Below, in pieces: positions 32,330 through 43,650 of a DNA stretch of 64,000 bases. The position numbers and the translations under genes were made by a program. Each line of letters begins with the position of its first letter. Position 1 is the first letter of the stretch. The stretch is taken from positions 1,568,001-1,632,000 of the forward strand of contig OY969564.1 in NCBI GenBank assembly GCA_963701095.1, read 5' to 3'. Below the pieces are notes generated by a model. The model worked only from the letters and a program-made list of their open reading frames with translations. It searched no databases and had not been told where the DNA came from. This stretch comes from an uncultured Methanoregulaceae archaeon. Lineage in GTDB: Archaea; Halobacteriota; Methanomicrobia; Methanomicrobiales; Methanospirillaceae.

Positions 32330-33567
32330 TCACCACGTAGCACGCCGGAACTCATTCTCACGGCCCAGCACCAATGTCGCATCGATACCGATTTTCACGT
32401 TGGTTCCATCATCTTTCTGGCAGGGATCAAGTGATGACCCACGGACACCGGTTATCACCATGACATCCAGATCCCCGCTCACTCTTGTGGCAATTGCATA
32501 TTCTACCTCGGTGGGATCCGAAGGATCGATATCCTCATCAATTACAACCACATGCTTGAGCGAGGTATGAGCAGCAAATGCAGCCATGATTGCATTCTTT
32601 CCATCACCCTGCGTGCTTTTCTTTATCTGGATCACTGCATGGAGATACCCACATCCCCCTTTAGTTAGTATTACATTTTTCACTTCGGTTACACCGGCTA
32701 CAGCGCGATATATTTTAGGCTCGTAAGGACATCCCATGAGGATCTTGTGCTCGTCACCACCGGGAAGGATACTATGATAGATAAAATCCGGTTTGGTATA
32801 CATACCAGTGAATTCAATCACCGGTTGTCTTCTGACCGGGTCATAGGTCCCTGTGATGTCGACAAAGGGACCTTCATCTGTCACTTCAGCGCCAATATAA
32901 CCTTCAAGGACTATCTCCGCATCTGCAGGAACGCGAACGCCGTTGCTACATTCCTTTACCTTAAGTGATCCTCCCCTAAGTTCAGCTGCATAGGAGAGTT
33001 CTTTTCCGGCGGTACACGGGTACAGCTTGCAAATGTCACTGCCGGGTGCACACCTATAACCACTGCAACAGGAAGGCGTTCACCACAAGCAAGAGTCTTT
33101 TTTAGCATCACGTGGGTATGCCGTCCTTCTACGAGCCTGGCTACAACACGGTGATCGTCAAGAACCAGCATACGATGAATGGATGCATTCTCAACCTCAC
33201 CCCATTTAGAGAAGACAATACCAGCGGTGAAATAGTTACCGGCATCCTTGGGGAAAAAATGCATGACCGGTATTTTGGAAAGGTCCGGCTTTTTCATTGC
33301 AAATTTTCCGTCGTCGACAATATTTCCTTCAAATGTCGCATCGGCGAGTTTTTGCACCATTTCTTTTTCGTTCAAGCCAAGAGAACATGCAAGCACATTC
33401 CGGCTCGCGGTCAGATTCATGACTGCACGTGATCCCCCAAGGTTATGGAAGAACAGGATTTTATCTGTGCCGGCCGCCATCTTTGCTGCCTCAATATCAG
33501 GAGAGATGGGCTCTGTGACATCGATAACGAGTCCCTCTTTCCGCATCTTTTCGATGAATTCACGCAT
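32330..33567 (-). CDS. ubiD: UbiD family decarboxylase (candidate anhydromevalonate phosphate decarboxylase); one base missing near 33006
   Basis: NASIHRM, RLVEGRH, then [30 protein letters not shown] in the second frame. Confidence 0.9.
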
Positions 33568-34113
33568 GATAACCAGTCCAGCGATCTGAAAGTGAATGGG
33601 AGACGCCAAGATGATCAAGCACTCGGGCAACGACCATATCCACAAGATCATCGATTTTTTCGGGATTGTTGTAGAACCCCGGCAGGCCGGCATGATTGTC
33701 GCACCGGCTTCATGTGCACCAAGCATATTTTTTAAGTGGATTTGCGAAAGCGGCATCTCGCGGGTGACAAGGATGCATTTCCGGCGTTCCTTTAAGCAGA
33801 CATCAGCGGTTCGTGTAATAAGATTGTCCGCATAGCCGGAAGCGATCGCTGAAAGGGTTTTTGCGCTGCAGGGGATAATTACCATCCCGTCATGTTTGTG
33901 TGACCCGCTGGCAATCTCTGCACTGATCGCATTGATATCATGATAGGTTGCACCAAACCCCGAAAGGTCAACTTTCTCATGCTGGGCAAGCTCCTTTGCG
34001 ATATCAGATATGATGAGATGCACATTGGCATCCTGACACAGAATTTCGAGCAGGCGCCGGGCATAACAGATCCCGCTTGCGCCGGTTACTCCGATTACGT
34101 ATTCCTTTTTCAT
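33560..34113 (-). CDS. ubiX: UbiX flavin prenyltransferase; one base missing near 33681
   Basis: [30 protein letters not shown]; the corrected frame gives PGFY..P..IDDLVD.VVARVLD..G...RW. Confidence 0.92.
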
Positions 34114-34210
34114 CTTCGCCTCCGCGCATTCCTGTGATACCAATGTCGGAGCCTCAAGGTAAAAAGCATTTATACAAAAAACAGTGAAAAAATGCTTAAG
34201 AACCAAGGAG

Positions 34211-34663
34211 TTATTTCCGTACAGGAGAGAAAAAACGGTATCTTACCTGAGACTCTTCTACCCGGCGTGCATGAATGGGGTTGAGATCCCGGCGTGCTTC
34301 GATGACGAGAGTGTTGAGGATATTGTGGAGTCTGAGTGTGTCAAAATCCTTGTCCTTGTGTTCGTTGAGGAAATCCAAGAGATCACTGACGCTCTTGAGG
34401 ACACCTGAACTTCCGACGAGGTTGAGTCGGTTGAGGGTAAGTGCCAGGTTCTTTTTTGCTATATCCATTTTGTAGCTGTCCCCGTGTGCGAGGTTAATTT
34501 CAGTGACTGCATTGAGCATATCCGTATATGCTCTCAGTTTATAGCTGCTCTCCTGCATCCTGCGTTCAGCAGAGCGAAGCCTGATGAAGGTGATCGCAAG
34601 AACAACAATAACGATGACGACACCGCATGTAATAACCAATAAATCGCCGGTAATATCAGCCAT
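34211..34663 (-). CDS. Hypothetical protein with N-terminal TM helix
   Basis: 150-aa ORF with a single N-terminal hydrophobic segment. Confidence 0.7.
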   Translation of the reverse strand: MADITGDLLVITCGVVIVIVVLAITFIRLRSAERRMQESSYKLRAYTDMLNAVTEINLAHGDSYKMDIAKKNLALTLNRLNLVGSSGVLKSVSDLLDFLNEHKDKDFDTLRLHNILNTLVIEARRDLNPIHARRVEESQVRYRFFSPVRK

Positions 34664-34674
34664 ATTATTTCACC

Positions 34675-35157
34675 TTAAGGAAGTCGCTTTGCCACATCCA
34701 GTTTTACGAGGACAAGATTCCCGGTCATGTCTATCTGATAGGAACCCGTCGTATACATGGGATATTGTTGGAATGTATCATTAAGATATGTCCAGGAAAA
34801 GGTCTGGTTTGCATGGGTATCGAGATTTGTAATCTTCATTTCAAACCAGCAGTCCTGTATATTGTAACTAAGAGGGGTAATATTGAATTCGATGGCCCAT
34901 GAAGGGTCTGCAATCCGGATCTGTTCAGTGACACGATCGCTTTGGTTTACAAAAGAATAAGAGTTCTGAAGATACTGATTCCCGAGGGAAAGGATCGGCG
35001 GGGTTACAGTCAGCGCCTCATTCGGTGCAGTTGCCAAGGGTACGGGGGTTTGGTTGATCGTGATTACTTCGCTAGCCGGACTGCTACCTTGAATGCATCC
35101 CGTACATAAAACCCCAAGAATAAGCAGGAGTGCACAGGCAAAGAGGATGTAATTCAT
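34675..35157 (-). CDS. Putative lipoprotein
   Basis: Lipobox-like VLCTGC after a hydrophobic leader. Confidence 0.7.
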   Translation of the reverse strand: MNYILFACALLLILGVLCTGCIQGSSPASEVITINQTPVPLATAPNEALTVTPPILSLGNQYLQNSYSFVNQSDRVTEQIRIADPSWAIEFNITPLSYNIQDCWFEMKITNLDTHANQTFSWTYLNDTFQQYPMYTTGSYQIDMTGNLVLVKLDVAKRLP

Positions 35158-35248
35158 TATAGATAGTATTGCAAAAAACCACTATTTGAGCTTATTATTT
35201 TAGTACGGGACTTCATGGGTAGTTCTCCTAACTCCGAAAGACGAATAA

Positions 35249-36454
35249 TCAGAAAAGCGTATCCTGCCGAGTCGGCTTTTTGATGTGAAGTATCTCAGCT
35301 GCGGCATCGGCAACAACCTCGCGATACTTCGGGAGCGTATACACACCAAGCCGCCACTGTTCTTGTCGAGTCTGGTTGAGTGTCTGCAATCTGGGAGAAA
35401 TTTCGGAAAAACCTACGAGTGTGTGCCGATTTTTCACTTGAACCTCAAGCGACATGTTACCAGGGATAGGGGGAATATCAACGAGAACTTCTGCCGCTTG
35501 ACACCCAGCCATTTCGGCAATTTCACCGGCAATCTTTCTCGCTCGTTCAATCGACCACCCGGTCTGGAATGCTGCCACATTGACCTGATCTTGTCCGGCG
35601 TACACTGCGCGTTTATAGAGCTGCCTGCTGTAAAGCCGGCCGGCCATCTCGCGTGCGTGGGGGCTTTTTGAATTTTTAAGTTCATGCATGCATTCTCCGT
35701 CATCGCACGTAGAAATGCGCTCAAACCCGCCGGCCGGTTCCGTTGACAAGTGATCGAGTACCGAAAGCTGGAACATGCACTCACCTATCCGGCTTACATG
35801 GTGATAATAGACTGAAGGCCGCATTAGTGTCCTCGCGATAAGCAACGATTCTGCTGCATTAATGCCGTTCTCATCAAGCACAACGCCTTCCGCAGTCATG
35901 TGAATATTCCGGATGAGGCGATGTGCATCCACGGTTCCATACGGGGCACCTGTATAATATGCATCCCGGAGCAGGTAGTCCATCCGGTCAACATCAAGAT
36001 CACCGTGGATTATTCCCGAGAGAGGGTGACTGCCCTTGACCACCGCGCACACATCAGAAGGGCTTATTCCCAATGGCTCAAGTAACGTCCCGAATTGTGC
36101 TTCAACAATCCCGGCAATATCATCGTGGATCCGGCCAAAGTATGCCTCAATGAGTGGCTCACTTGCGTGTGAGAATGGCCCGTGTCCTATGTCATGGATA
36201 AGAGCGGCAATAAGCACAAGCCTGCAGTCTTCTTTTGAGAGACCGAATTGCCTGCATGCAATTCCAGCCAAATGCATTGTTCCCACAGAATGCTCAAAAC
36301 GTGTATGGTTAGCTCCAGGATACACCAAATACGAAAAACCCAGCTGCCGGATATAGCGTAAACGCTGCATCGCCGGTGAATCAAGAAGCGGCAGGATTTC
36401 TTCATCTACTTCTACATAGCCATGGACAGGATCCTTGATGATCTTGGGATTCAC
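35249..36454 (-). CDS. HD-domain phosphohydrolase (dNTPase-like)
   Basis: DPVHG, QRL..IRQLG, YPGA.HTRFEHS, HDIGHGPFSH, DVDRMDYL.RD. Confidence 0.92.
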   Translation of the reverse strand: MNPKIIKDPVHGYVEVDEEILPLLDSPAMQRLRYIRQLGFSYLVYPGANHTRFEHSVGTMHLAGIACRQFGLSKEDCRLVLIAALIHDIGHGPFSHASEPLIEAYFGRIHDDIAGIVEAQFGTLLEPLGISPSDVCAVVKGSHPLSGIIHGDLDVDRMDYLLRDAYYTGAPYGTVDAHRLIRNIHMTAEGVVLDENGINAAESLLIARTLMRPSVYYHHVSRIGECMFQLSVLDHLSTEPAGGFERISTCDDGECMHELKNSKSPHAREMAGRLYSRQLYKRAVYAGQDQVNVAAFQTGWSIERARKIAGEIAEMAGCQAAEVLVDIPPIPGNMSLEVQVKNRHTLVGFSEISPRLQTLNQTRQEQWRLGVYTLPKYREVVADAAAEILHIKKPTRQDTLF

Positions 36455-36493
36455 TAAAGAATTTTCATATACATCGCATAAAAGTATTGAGTA

Positions 36494-37396
36494 ATGATTA
36501 CGTTCCTATCTGGTGGGACAGGCACCCCTAAGCTCTTAAGGGGGGTGCAAAAAGTAATGGACCGGCATGAAATATCAGTAGTAGTAAACACTGCCGAGGA
36601 TATTTGGATCTCCGGCAACCATATTTCGCCGGATGTTGATACGGTTATGTATCTCTTTGCAGGTGTCCTCAACACCGACACATGGTGGGGGATTAGGAAT
36701 GACACGTTCACAACTCACGATGAAATCATCAATATGGGTCACGGAGAGTTTATTGCGATCGGCGACCGGGACAGGGCTGTCCATATTGCCAGGGGAAACA
36801 TGCTCCGTGAAGGAATGAGACTCACAAATGTCACTCGTACCCTTTGTGATCGTTTCGGTGTCAGGGAAAACGTCCTGCCAATGTCTGACACCGATGTCAC
36901 GACTAGGGTAAAAACGGAATTGGGCCTGATCCACTATCAGGAGTACTGGATCCGGTCCAAAGGTCAGATCCGGATCGAGAAAGTCGTACGCTGTTCAAAG
37001 ACCCCCCCTGAAAGTTCTGAAGAGGTGATCCAAGCCGTTGAGGCAAGCGATGTTGTCGTTATAGGTCCGTCAAACCCTATCACAAGTATCACACCCATTC
37101 TCGAATGTGGTGGCCTCAAAGACGCCCTTATGGAAAAATTTGTAATTGCAATAAGCCCGTTTATTGGGAATGCACCGGTGAGCGGCCCGGCAGCTGCTCT
37201 TATGGAGGCTTCTGGTTTTGAACCGACTTCGGCAGGCACTGCAAAGTGCTATCAAGATCTCGTTGATCTTTTTGTTCAGGATATCAGGGATCCTGTCGAA
37301 GTAAAAGATTCGATCCGCCTCGATACACTGATGACCGGGGAAGAGAAAAGTATAGAACTGGCAAAAAATGTTTTGTCCCTTGCGAAACGGACATGA
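36494..37396 (+). CDS. cofD: 2-phospho-L-lactate transferase (F420 biosynthesis)
   Basis: [42 protein letters not shown]. Confidence 0.95.
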   Translation: MITFLSGGTGTPKLLRGVQKVMDRHEISVVVNTAEDIWISGNHISPDVDTVMYLFAGVLNTDTWWGIRNDTFTTHDEIINMGHGEFIAIGDRDRAVHIARGNMLREGMRLTNVTRTLCDRFGVRENVLPMSDTDVTTRVKTELGLIHYQEYWIRSKGQIRIEKVVRCSKTPPESSEEVIQAVEASDVVVIGPSNPITSITPILECGGLKDALMEKFVIAISPFIGNAPVSGPAAALMEASGFEPTSAGTAKCYQDLVDLFVQDIRDPVEVKDSIRLDTLMTGEEKSIELAKNVLSLAKRT

Positions 37397-37507
37397 AACT
37401 CTCATTTTTAGTAATGGCATGCAGATTCCTGTTATTCTGACCTGAAACCATTGCACAAGTATTTTAATTCATAATTATGATAACCTCATCAGTATAAGGG
37501 AAATGGA

Positions 37508-38443
37508 ATGAAACGGCTTCTCATAATTTTAACTTTAATTATCTGTGTCCTAATCACCGGATGCACATCGACACAGCCAGCGGGAAAAAATACTCTCCAG
37601 TTTTCAAGCACTCCTGAAGGCGCCCAGATATATCTCGACAACCAATATGAGGGTACCACGCCCAGCACTCTTTCCGGAGTACTAGCCGGGGCACATACCA
37701 TTGAGTTCCGTAATTCCGGCTACCAAAATGCATTCAATAATATTTCGGTCACATCAGCGACGGCAACCTATTATGTTTCTGCTGTCCTGATTCCGCTTAC
37801 TTCCCAGAATCTCCAACCAACAATAGTGCCGGTAGTGACTACCGCACAGGAACAAGAAACCACCAACGGACCGTTACCTACCATTACTATCCAGCAGAGC
37901 CAGACAATTATGACTGTCGGCAGCTTACAAACATTTTCCGGTACCTGTTTGGGAAGTGGCTCTGTAATACTCATGCTGTACGGTCCAGGCACCTACATAA
38001 ATGGTGTGGAGATAGCCCAGGTACCTGTCAGCGCGACTAATTCATGGAGTTATACGTGGAACCCCGGGAATTCTGTGATTTCCGGGTCATATTCCATAGT
38101 TGCATATTCCTCGCAAAAAATAACATCAGCTACTGCTGCATTCTCTATCGTTGGCGGCGGTCAGGTTTCTATAATAGCAACCCCACCCACAACGTATGCA
38201 GGAAGAACGGTAACATTTTCCGGACTATGTACAACAGGAGCGACAAGCGTTAGTCTTACTTTATATCCGCCTCATCAAATTCCTGAGTTTGTCGCAACCC
38301 TGCCCCTGAACACAAATAATGGCTGGTCGTATCAGTATCAGTTTGCCTTATCAAGACCCTCAGGAACCTACACTATGGTCGTGACCGATGCGCAAAATAC
38401 AGCATCAAGTTCAGTAATAATCACGTTAAACAATGGTAGTTAA
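37508..38443 (+). CDS. PEGA-domain lipoprotein with two Ig-like repeats
   Basis: LITGC lipobox; SSTPEGAQIYLDNQYEGTTP; repeated TFSG.C...V.L.LY.P...N.WSY. Confidence 0.8.
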   Translation: MKRLLIILTLIICVLITGCTSTQPAGKNTLQFSSTPEGAQIYLDNQYEGTTPSTLSGVLAGAHTIEFRNSGYQNAFNNISVTSATATYYVSAVLIPLTSQNLQPTIVPVVTTAQEQETTNGPLPTITIQQSQTIMTVGSLQTFSGTCLGSGSVILMLYGPGTYINGVEIAQVPVSATNSWSYTWNPGNSVISGSYSIVAYSSQKITSATAAFSIVGGGQVSIIATPPTTYAGRTVTFSGLCTTGATSVSLTLYPPHQIPEFVATLPLNTNNGWSYQYQFALSRPSGTYTMVVTDAQNTASSSVIITLNNGS

Positions 38444-38620
38444 GTCGATCACGGAAAAACTGATAAATCATCTGTTTTTTTTAGAGAGAAAAAATTACAA
38501 TAATTCGATAAAGCAAAACCGGGCCGTTTATTTTACGGATTTCGAGTTCCGGCAGCATCGCGGGCATCCGATACCTATTTGAATGATTTTATACAAACAA
38601 TGAACCTATGGAGAAAATCC

Positions 38621-39808
38621 ATGGCGATCATAAAAAAAATTCTCAACATATTTAAGTCCGGGAATCGCGAGGAAGAGGAGGCCCGGCTGCGCACCCAGCG
38701 GGAACGCTATGAAAACTTTCTTCGGGCACTGACAAGCGGCGATCTTGATACACGCTGGAATGCCGTAAGATCCGTTGGGGATCTTGGCGAGCCTTTTATT
38801 GAGCCGCTCATTAACGGCCTAAAAGACGAGTTCTGGATCATCCGGCGAGGCTCTGCCGACACTTTGGGAAAAATCGGTGCCCCTGCAGTAGTTCCACTAA
38901 TTGGCGCACTCTCAGAGACAGGTGAAGATGTCCGGCAGGAAACTATCCGGGCACTCCAACTCGTTGGTGATCCCGCAATCAACCCCCTTATCCAATCCCT
39001 CAAGCATAACCACCCGTCAATACGCCGAGGAGCTGCACAAGCTCTTGGAATTATAGGTGAGGTTCGCGCAGTTCCAAACCTGGTTGAAGCTCTTAAGGAT
39101 GCAGATCCGTGGGTCCGCCATGAGGCTGCCGTAGCATTTGGCAGGATTGGCGATCAGCGTGCAGTAGTTCCACTGATAGAGAGCCTTAACGATCCTGTGG
39201 AACATGTTCGGATGGCAGCTATGGCAACACTTTGCTCTCTGGGCCAGCCCTCGATCGCGCCTCTTATACAATCTCTTGTCGATAAAAATGAGGATGTTTC
39301 CCGCCGTGCAGCACTTGCGTTAACTACTATCGGCGAACAGTCGGTTGAGCCACTGATTGCCGCCCTTTCAAACCAGAATCCGGGCATCCGCAAAGAAGCA
39401 GCATCCGTTCTTGGCCAGATTGGAAATACAATTGCTATACCCGCTCTCATTGAAACACTCGCAGATCCCGACCGGGCCGTAAGAATAGACGTTGTCAAGG
39501 CACTGGCGGCACTCGGTGTTCCAGCTATAGCCCCGCTTATGCAGGTCTTCCGTGAGGGCGATGTGCGTACAAGAACTGGTGCAATGGAGGCGCTGTGGAT
39601 GCTTGGCCAGCCAGCAACAACCCCGCTTATTATGGTCCTCAAAGATGACCAGAGTGATGTACGGAAACGCGCCGCTCTTCTCCTTGGTGAGATTGGTGAC
39701 CAGAAAGCAGCGGATCATCTTTCCGGCCTCTTATCCGATGAGAACGTCTCCGTGAGAAGGGAAGCCTTCGAAGCGCTCGAAATGATTAAGAAACGGACCC
39801 CCCAGTAA
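38621..39808 (+). CDS. HEAT/PBS-lyase repeat protein
   Basis: Long tandem array of ~31-aa VR..AA.ALG.IG..AV.PLI.AL.D repeats. Confidence 0.9.
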   Translation: MAIIKKILNIFKSGNREEEEARLRTQRERYENFLRALTSGDLDTRWNAVRSVGDLGEPFIEPLINGLKDEFWIIRRGSADTLGKIGAPAVVPLIGALSETGEDVRQETIRALQLVGDPAINPLIQSLKHNHPSIRRGAAQALGIIGEVRAVPNLVEALKDADPWVRHEAAVAFGRIGDQRAVVPLIESLNDPVEHVRMAAMATLCSLGQPSIAPLIQSLVDKNEDVSRRAALALTTIGEQSVEPLIAALSNQNPGIRKEAASVLGQIGNTIAIPALIETLADPDRAVRIDVVKALAALGVPAIAPLMQVFREGDVRTRTGAMEALWMLGQPATTPLIMVLKDDQSDVRKRAALLLGEIGDQKAADHLSGLLSDENVSVRREAFEALEMIKKRTPQ

Positions 39809-40004
39809 CCACTTATATTTCTTTTTTAGTACAGTTGAATCTCCTTACCAGTATTGCGTGGGAATCAAATTCTTTGTTCATACTCATTTCATGGGATACG
39901 AACAAAATAATGTCAGAAAACCAAATCTGATCATTTTGAGGGAATGAAAATCAAAAGAAAACAAGTAAAATATACAAAAATCCACGTATTGAGTAAGGCA
40001 TAAG

Positions 40005-40670
40005 ATGGGTTCAGAAGAAGAAATATTGGATAATACCTTGATCTCGAAGGGCCGGCTTGAGGCACTGGTCGATGGCGTATTTGCTTTTGCTATGACCCTC
40101 CTTGTAGTAAGCTTAAACGTACCAACTATCCCCAAAGCGGAGGCTGCAATCGAATTGCCAGCATATCTGGCCATGATGTTTCCGCAGTTTCTCAGTTTCC
40201 TTATCGCATTTTTTATTTTAGCAAGTCTCTGGATCGTCCACCACGAACATTTCCATTTCCTCAGTTCTGTCGACAAGATCGTTCTCTGGCTCAACGTTTT
40301 GATCCTTATCTTTGTGGTACTTGTCCCATTTTCCACCAACCTATCCGGGGCTTATTCGCATGTACCAATCGCTCCTCTTATCTTTCATGCAAATATGCTG
40401 ATCCTCAGTTGTCTGTTCTTAGTCCAGTGGCAGTACATCATCCACCGACCGACACTTCTCACCGGGCCAATTCACCCCGATCGTGTTATGGATGCTTTCA
40501 TGGATCGAGTTCCTATCATCTTTGCCGCTGTCACCGGAATGGCGCTGGTCATTTTTAATGCACCGTTCTCCTCTATGTACATGTATATGATCTTCCCTCT
40601 CCTGATGAGGATTCTGATGTGGCAGATACGCTCCAAACGTACCATAAAAAATATCCAGTCTGCTTCATAA
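40005..40670 (+). CDS. TMEM175 family potassium channel (DUF1211)
   Basis: RLEALVDGVFAFAMTLL; SFLIAF...W..HH. Confidence 0.88.
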   Translation: MGSEEEILDNTLISKGRLEALVDGVFAFAMTLLVVSLNVPTIPKAEAAIELPAYLAMMFPQFLSFLIAFFILASLWIVHHEHFHFLSSVDKIVLWLNVLILIFVVLVPFSTNLSGAYSHVPIAPLIFHANMLILSCLFLVQWQYIIHRPTLLTGPIHPDRVMDAFMDRVPIIFAAVTGMALVIFNAPFSSMYMYMIFPLLMRILMWQIRSKRTIKNIQSAS

Positions 40671-40775
40671 GACACTTCAATTTTTTTAGAATATTTTTCT
40701 TGCCCGGCCTCAAATTTCGAATTTTTTGAAAGATTTGACTTAAGGAAACAGGAATCTCTTTCAGAACAGCGTTTT

Positions 40776-41768
40776 CTAGGAATGGTTTAATTTAAGATGT
40801 GCAAGGGCCGCAGAAGTTGTCTCTCTTCCCTGCGAAGTGCGTTTCACAAACCCGATCTGAATTAGGTAAGGTTCATAGACCTCCTCTATTGTCCTGACCT
40901 CTTCCCCGACTGAGATCGCTATCGTTTTTACGCCTACAGGACCACCACCAAAATTATCTGCAATAACCGATAAGATCCGGCGGTCGATATCGTCAAGACC
41001 GAGGTCATCGATCTGGAATAATGAAAGCCCATCGTTTGCAATCTCTTTCGTGATCGTCCCATCACCTTTAACAACCGCATAATCCCGCACCCGGCGGAGG
41101 AGACGGTTGCCAATTCTCGGTGTTCCCCGGCTACGGGCTGCGATCACTGTTGCACCTTCCTGAGTGATAGGAATCCTGAGGATTGCGGCACTTCGTTTTA
41201 CGATCTCAACGAGATCCTCAGAGGAATACAGATTCAGGCGCACGATAATCCCAAATCTGTCCCGGAACGGCGAACTCAGAAGACCCTGACGGGTTGTCGC
41301 TCCTATAAGGGTGAAGTGTTCAAGGGTCAGTTTTATCGATCGGGCGCTCGGCCCTTCACCAATCATCACATCAATAAAAAAATCCTCCATTGCAGGGTAA
41401 AGGATCTCTTCGACGACAGGGTTCATGCGGTGTATCTCATCGATGAAAAGCACATCGCCTCTCTGGAGTGCAGTAACAAGCGCTGCAATATCCCCTGGTT
41501 TTTCAAGCACCGGACCTGTCGTGGTTCGTATTGCTGCTCCCATCTCTCGTGCAATGATGTGTGCGAGCGTGGTCTTTCCAAGTCCGGGAGGTCCGGCAAA
41601 CAAGATATGATCGATAGGCTCGCCTCGCTGCTGGGCCGCTCTAATTGCAATCATCAACGCATTTTTTGCCGGTATCTGTCCCACGAAGGCATCGAGGGTT
41701 GCCGGTCGTAATGTGATCTCGTCAGCATCGTCCGTGACGGGGTCCGGGGATATGATCCTTTCGCTCAC
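40776..41768 (-). CDS. ruvB: Holliday junction branch migration helicase RuvB
   Basis: [33 protein letters not shown]. Confidence 0.96.
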   Translation of the reverse strand: MSERIISPDPVTDDADEITLRPATLDAFVGQIPAKNALMIAIRAAQQRGEPIDHILFAGPPGLGKTTLAHIIAREMGAAIRTTTGPVLEKPGDIAALVTALQRGDVLFIDEIHRMNPVVEEILYPAMEDFFIDVMIGEGPSARSIKLTLEHFTLIGATTRQGLLSSPFRDRFGIIVRLNLYSSEDLVEIVKRSAAILRIPITQEGATVIAARSRGTPRIGNRLLRRVRDYAVVKGDGTITKEIANDGLSLFQIDDLGLDDIDRRILSVIADNFGGGPVGVKTIAISVGEEVRTIEEVYEPYLIQIGFVKRTSQGRETTSAALAHLKLNHS

Positions 41769-42370
41769 CTCTTTTCAGCCTCCTTGAGCAGTTTAAGTGC
41801 CGTTTTGATAACATCCTGTACTGAGGGGGACACTTTTCCTTTTGCTGCTGCTTTTACCGCATCATACGCTGCATTCTCAGAAAACCCAAGTGAGACAAGG
41901 GCACTTGCTGCATCCCGGGTGACTGATTCCGGTTTTCCTACCATGAGAGGGGTCATAGTGCTCTGGACTTTTTTTATCTTATCCCTAAGTTCGAGAATAA
42001 GCCTTTGTGCGCTCTTTGAACCTATGCCAGATATTCTTACCAGACTTTTTTCATCACCGGAAAGGATGGCGATAACGAAATCTTCCAAGGATATCTGAGA
42101 CAGAATGTTAAGGGCTATTTGCGGTCCAATACCTGAGACCCCGATAAGAACCGTAAATAACTCGAGCTCACTCTCGTAGACAAAACCGTAGAGAGTAATC
42201 GCATCCTCGCGAACTGCCATATAGGTGTAAAGTTTTACGTTCCCGGAATTTTGGGTTAATTCGCGTGTAACGGGTTCTGGAACGTGTACTCGGTAGCCGA
42301 TACCGTTTACATCGAGAACCACCCACCGGTCGCCAGTCGCGGCCAGAGTTCCGTTCAGATACGCGATCAT
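41765..42370 (-). CDS. ruvA: Holliday junction binding protein RuvA
   Basis: VREDA..LYGF, VSGIGP, GIG.KSAQRL.LEL, AL.SLGF. Confidence 0.95.
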   Translation of the reverse strand: MIAYLNGTLAATGDRWVVLDVNGIGYRVHVPEPVTRELTQNSGNVKLYTYMAVREDAITLYGFVYESELELFTVLIGVSGIGPQIALNILSQISLEDFVIAILSGDEKSLVRISGIGSKSAQRLILELRDKIKKVQSTMTPLMVGKPESVTRDAASALVSLGFSENAAYDAVKAAAKGKVSPSVQDVIKTALKLLKEAEKR

Positions 42371-42374
42371 AATA

Positions 42375-42845
42375 CTATCTCATGACGTGGCTATGACATA
42401 AGGCAATCGAAAGGGCGTCCGCAACATCGTCCGGTTGTGGCACTTCATCAAGATGGAGAAGCCGGGTGATCATCTGTTGGACCTGATTTTTATCCGCCCG
42501 ACCAGATCCTGTAACTGCCTGCTTGACTTGGTTGGGAGTATATTCAGTTACCGGGATCTGATGTTGCTCAGCAGCAAGGAGAACAACCCCTCGTACCTCG
42601 CTGACTCCCATCGCAGAAGTAATATTTTTTGAGAAAAAGAGTTTCTCCATCGCAAGTTCTTCCGGGGGATACCGATCGAAAAGGGAGGAGATTCCGTTGT
42701 AGATTTCCAACAGGCGCTCTGCCGGCCTGATCCCTGCAAGCGTTTCCATACAACCATAACAGACCGGTGCTGTAATATCCCGATCCACCCTGATAACGCC
42801 ATAACCCAGCCGAGCAAGGCCAGGATCGATTCCTATTATTATCAT
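42375..42845 (-). CDS. ruvC: Crossover junction endodeoxyribonuclease RuvC
   Basis: IGIDPG, E.LFF, EY.P..VK.AVTG.G.A.K.QV, DD.ADAL. Confidence 0.95.
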   Translation of the reverse strand: MIIIGIDPGLARLGYGVIRVDRDITAPVCYGCMETLAGIRPAERLLEIYNGISSLFDRYPPEELAMEKLFFSKNITSAMGVSEVRGVVLLAAEQHQIPVTEYTPNQVKQAVTGSGRADKNQVQQMITRLLHLDEVPQPDDVADALSIALCHSHVMR

Positions 42846-42980
42846 GGATTGTACAGACTCCCGAACCTACCTAGTAATTACGATCCGAGTCCATAAAATC
42901 CTCTGTTTTGCGGGAATACATAATGACAGAAGGATAAATTCTATTTAGAGGAGATGATAATAGTTGGATAGTGATTGTTT

Positions 42981-43573
42981 ATGAAGAATGTCAGACGTCC
43001 GACGTATTCATTCCTTATCCTTGTTATCGGGCTTATCATCATCAACACTCTCCTGGCATGGTTTTCCATTTTTATTTCCCACATAGCGAGCCCTTCTCTT
43101 CCCACTGGTATCGCAGTGATCTCCATCGCAGCTGCTTTCATGGTGATCTTTACGCTCTGGTTTGGCATGTATGGAGCAATAGCAGCATATATAGGAGGAT
43201 TCTTCGGGGCAGGACTCTTCTTTGGCATGCCGCCGACCGGAGTGGTCTATTTATCATTTGCAGATCTTTGGATGGTGCTTATTCCGCTTGTGGCATTCCG
43301 TATTTTTGATGTGAACGTAGGAATCGAATCCCGTCGGGATCTCTTCCATCTCGTCCTGTTTGGCGTTATTATCAACAATGTTGTTGCGGCGACATGGGGT
43401 TCGCTATCGCTTGCGATAGGAGGTGTCATTGCGTGGAACCAGGTAATGGCGGCGTTTTTACCATGGTTTGTCGGAAACGCGATTACAACGATAATCATCG
43501 TTCCGCTGGTGCTCCATCGCTATACAGACGGGTCTCTCGATCCAAGATTTTTGTAAAGATGTACTGGTACTAA
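42981..43573 (+). CDS. Integral membrane protein (MASE1-like); probable one-base deletion near 43529
   Basis: About 6 TM segments; WFVGN near the C-terminus; the alternative frame gives a plausible SRSKIFVKMYWY* tail. Confidence 0.65.
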
Positions 43574-43650
43574 AGATCATTCTTTTAGAACCTGACTTTG
43601 AAGTAAACCTTGTTGAGGAATGAGGAAAAAGAGGGAGATAAGCAGAAAAT

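Noticed and set aside
32956..34206. Apparent 416-aa UbiX-UbiD fusion ORF
   Set aside because: Produced by a single-base deletion near 33681; the linker is out-of-frame ubiX sequence and ubiD has its own ATG at 33567
38621..39808. Periodic sequence resembling a repeat array
   Set aside because: Protein-level HEAT repeats, not CRISPR or a DNA tandem repeat; no CRISPR array seen anywhere in the window
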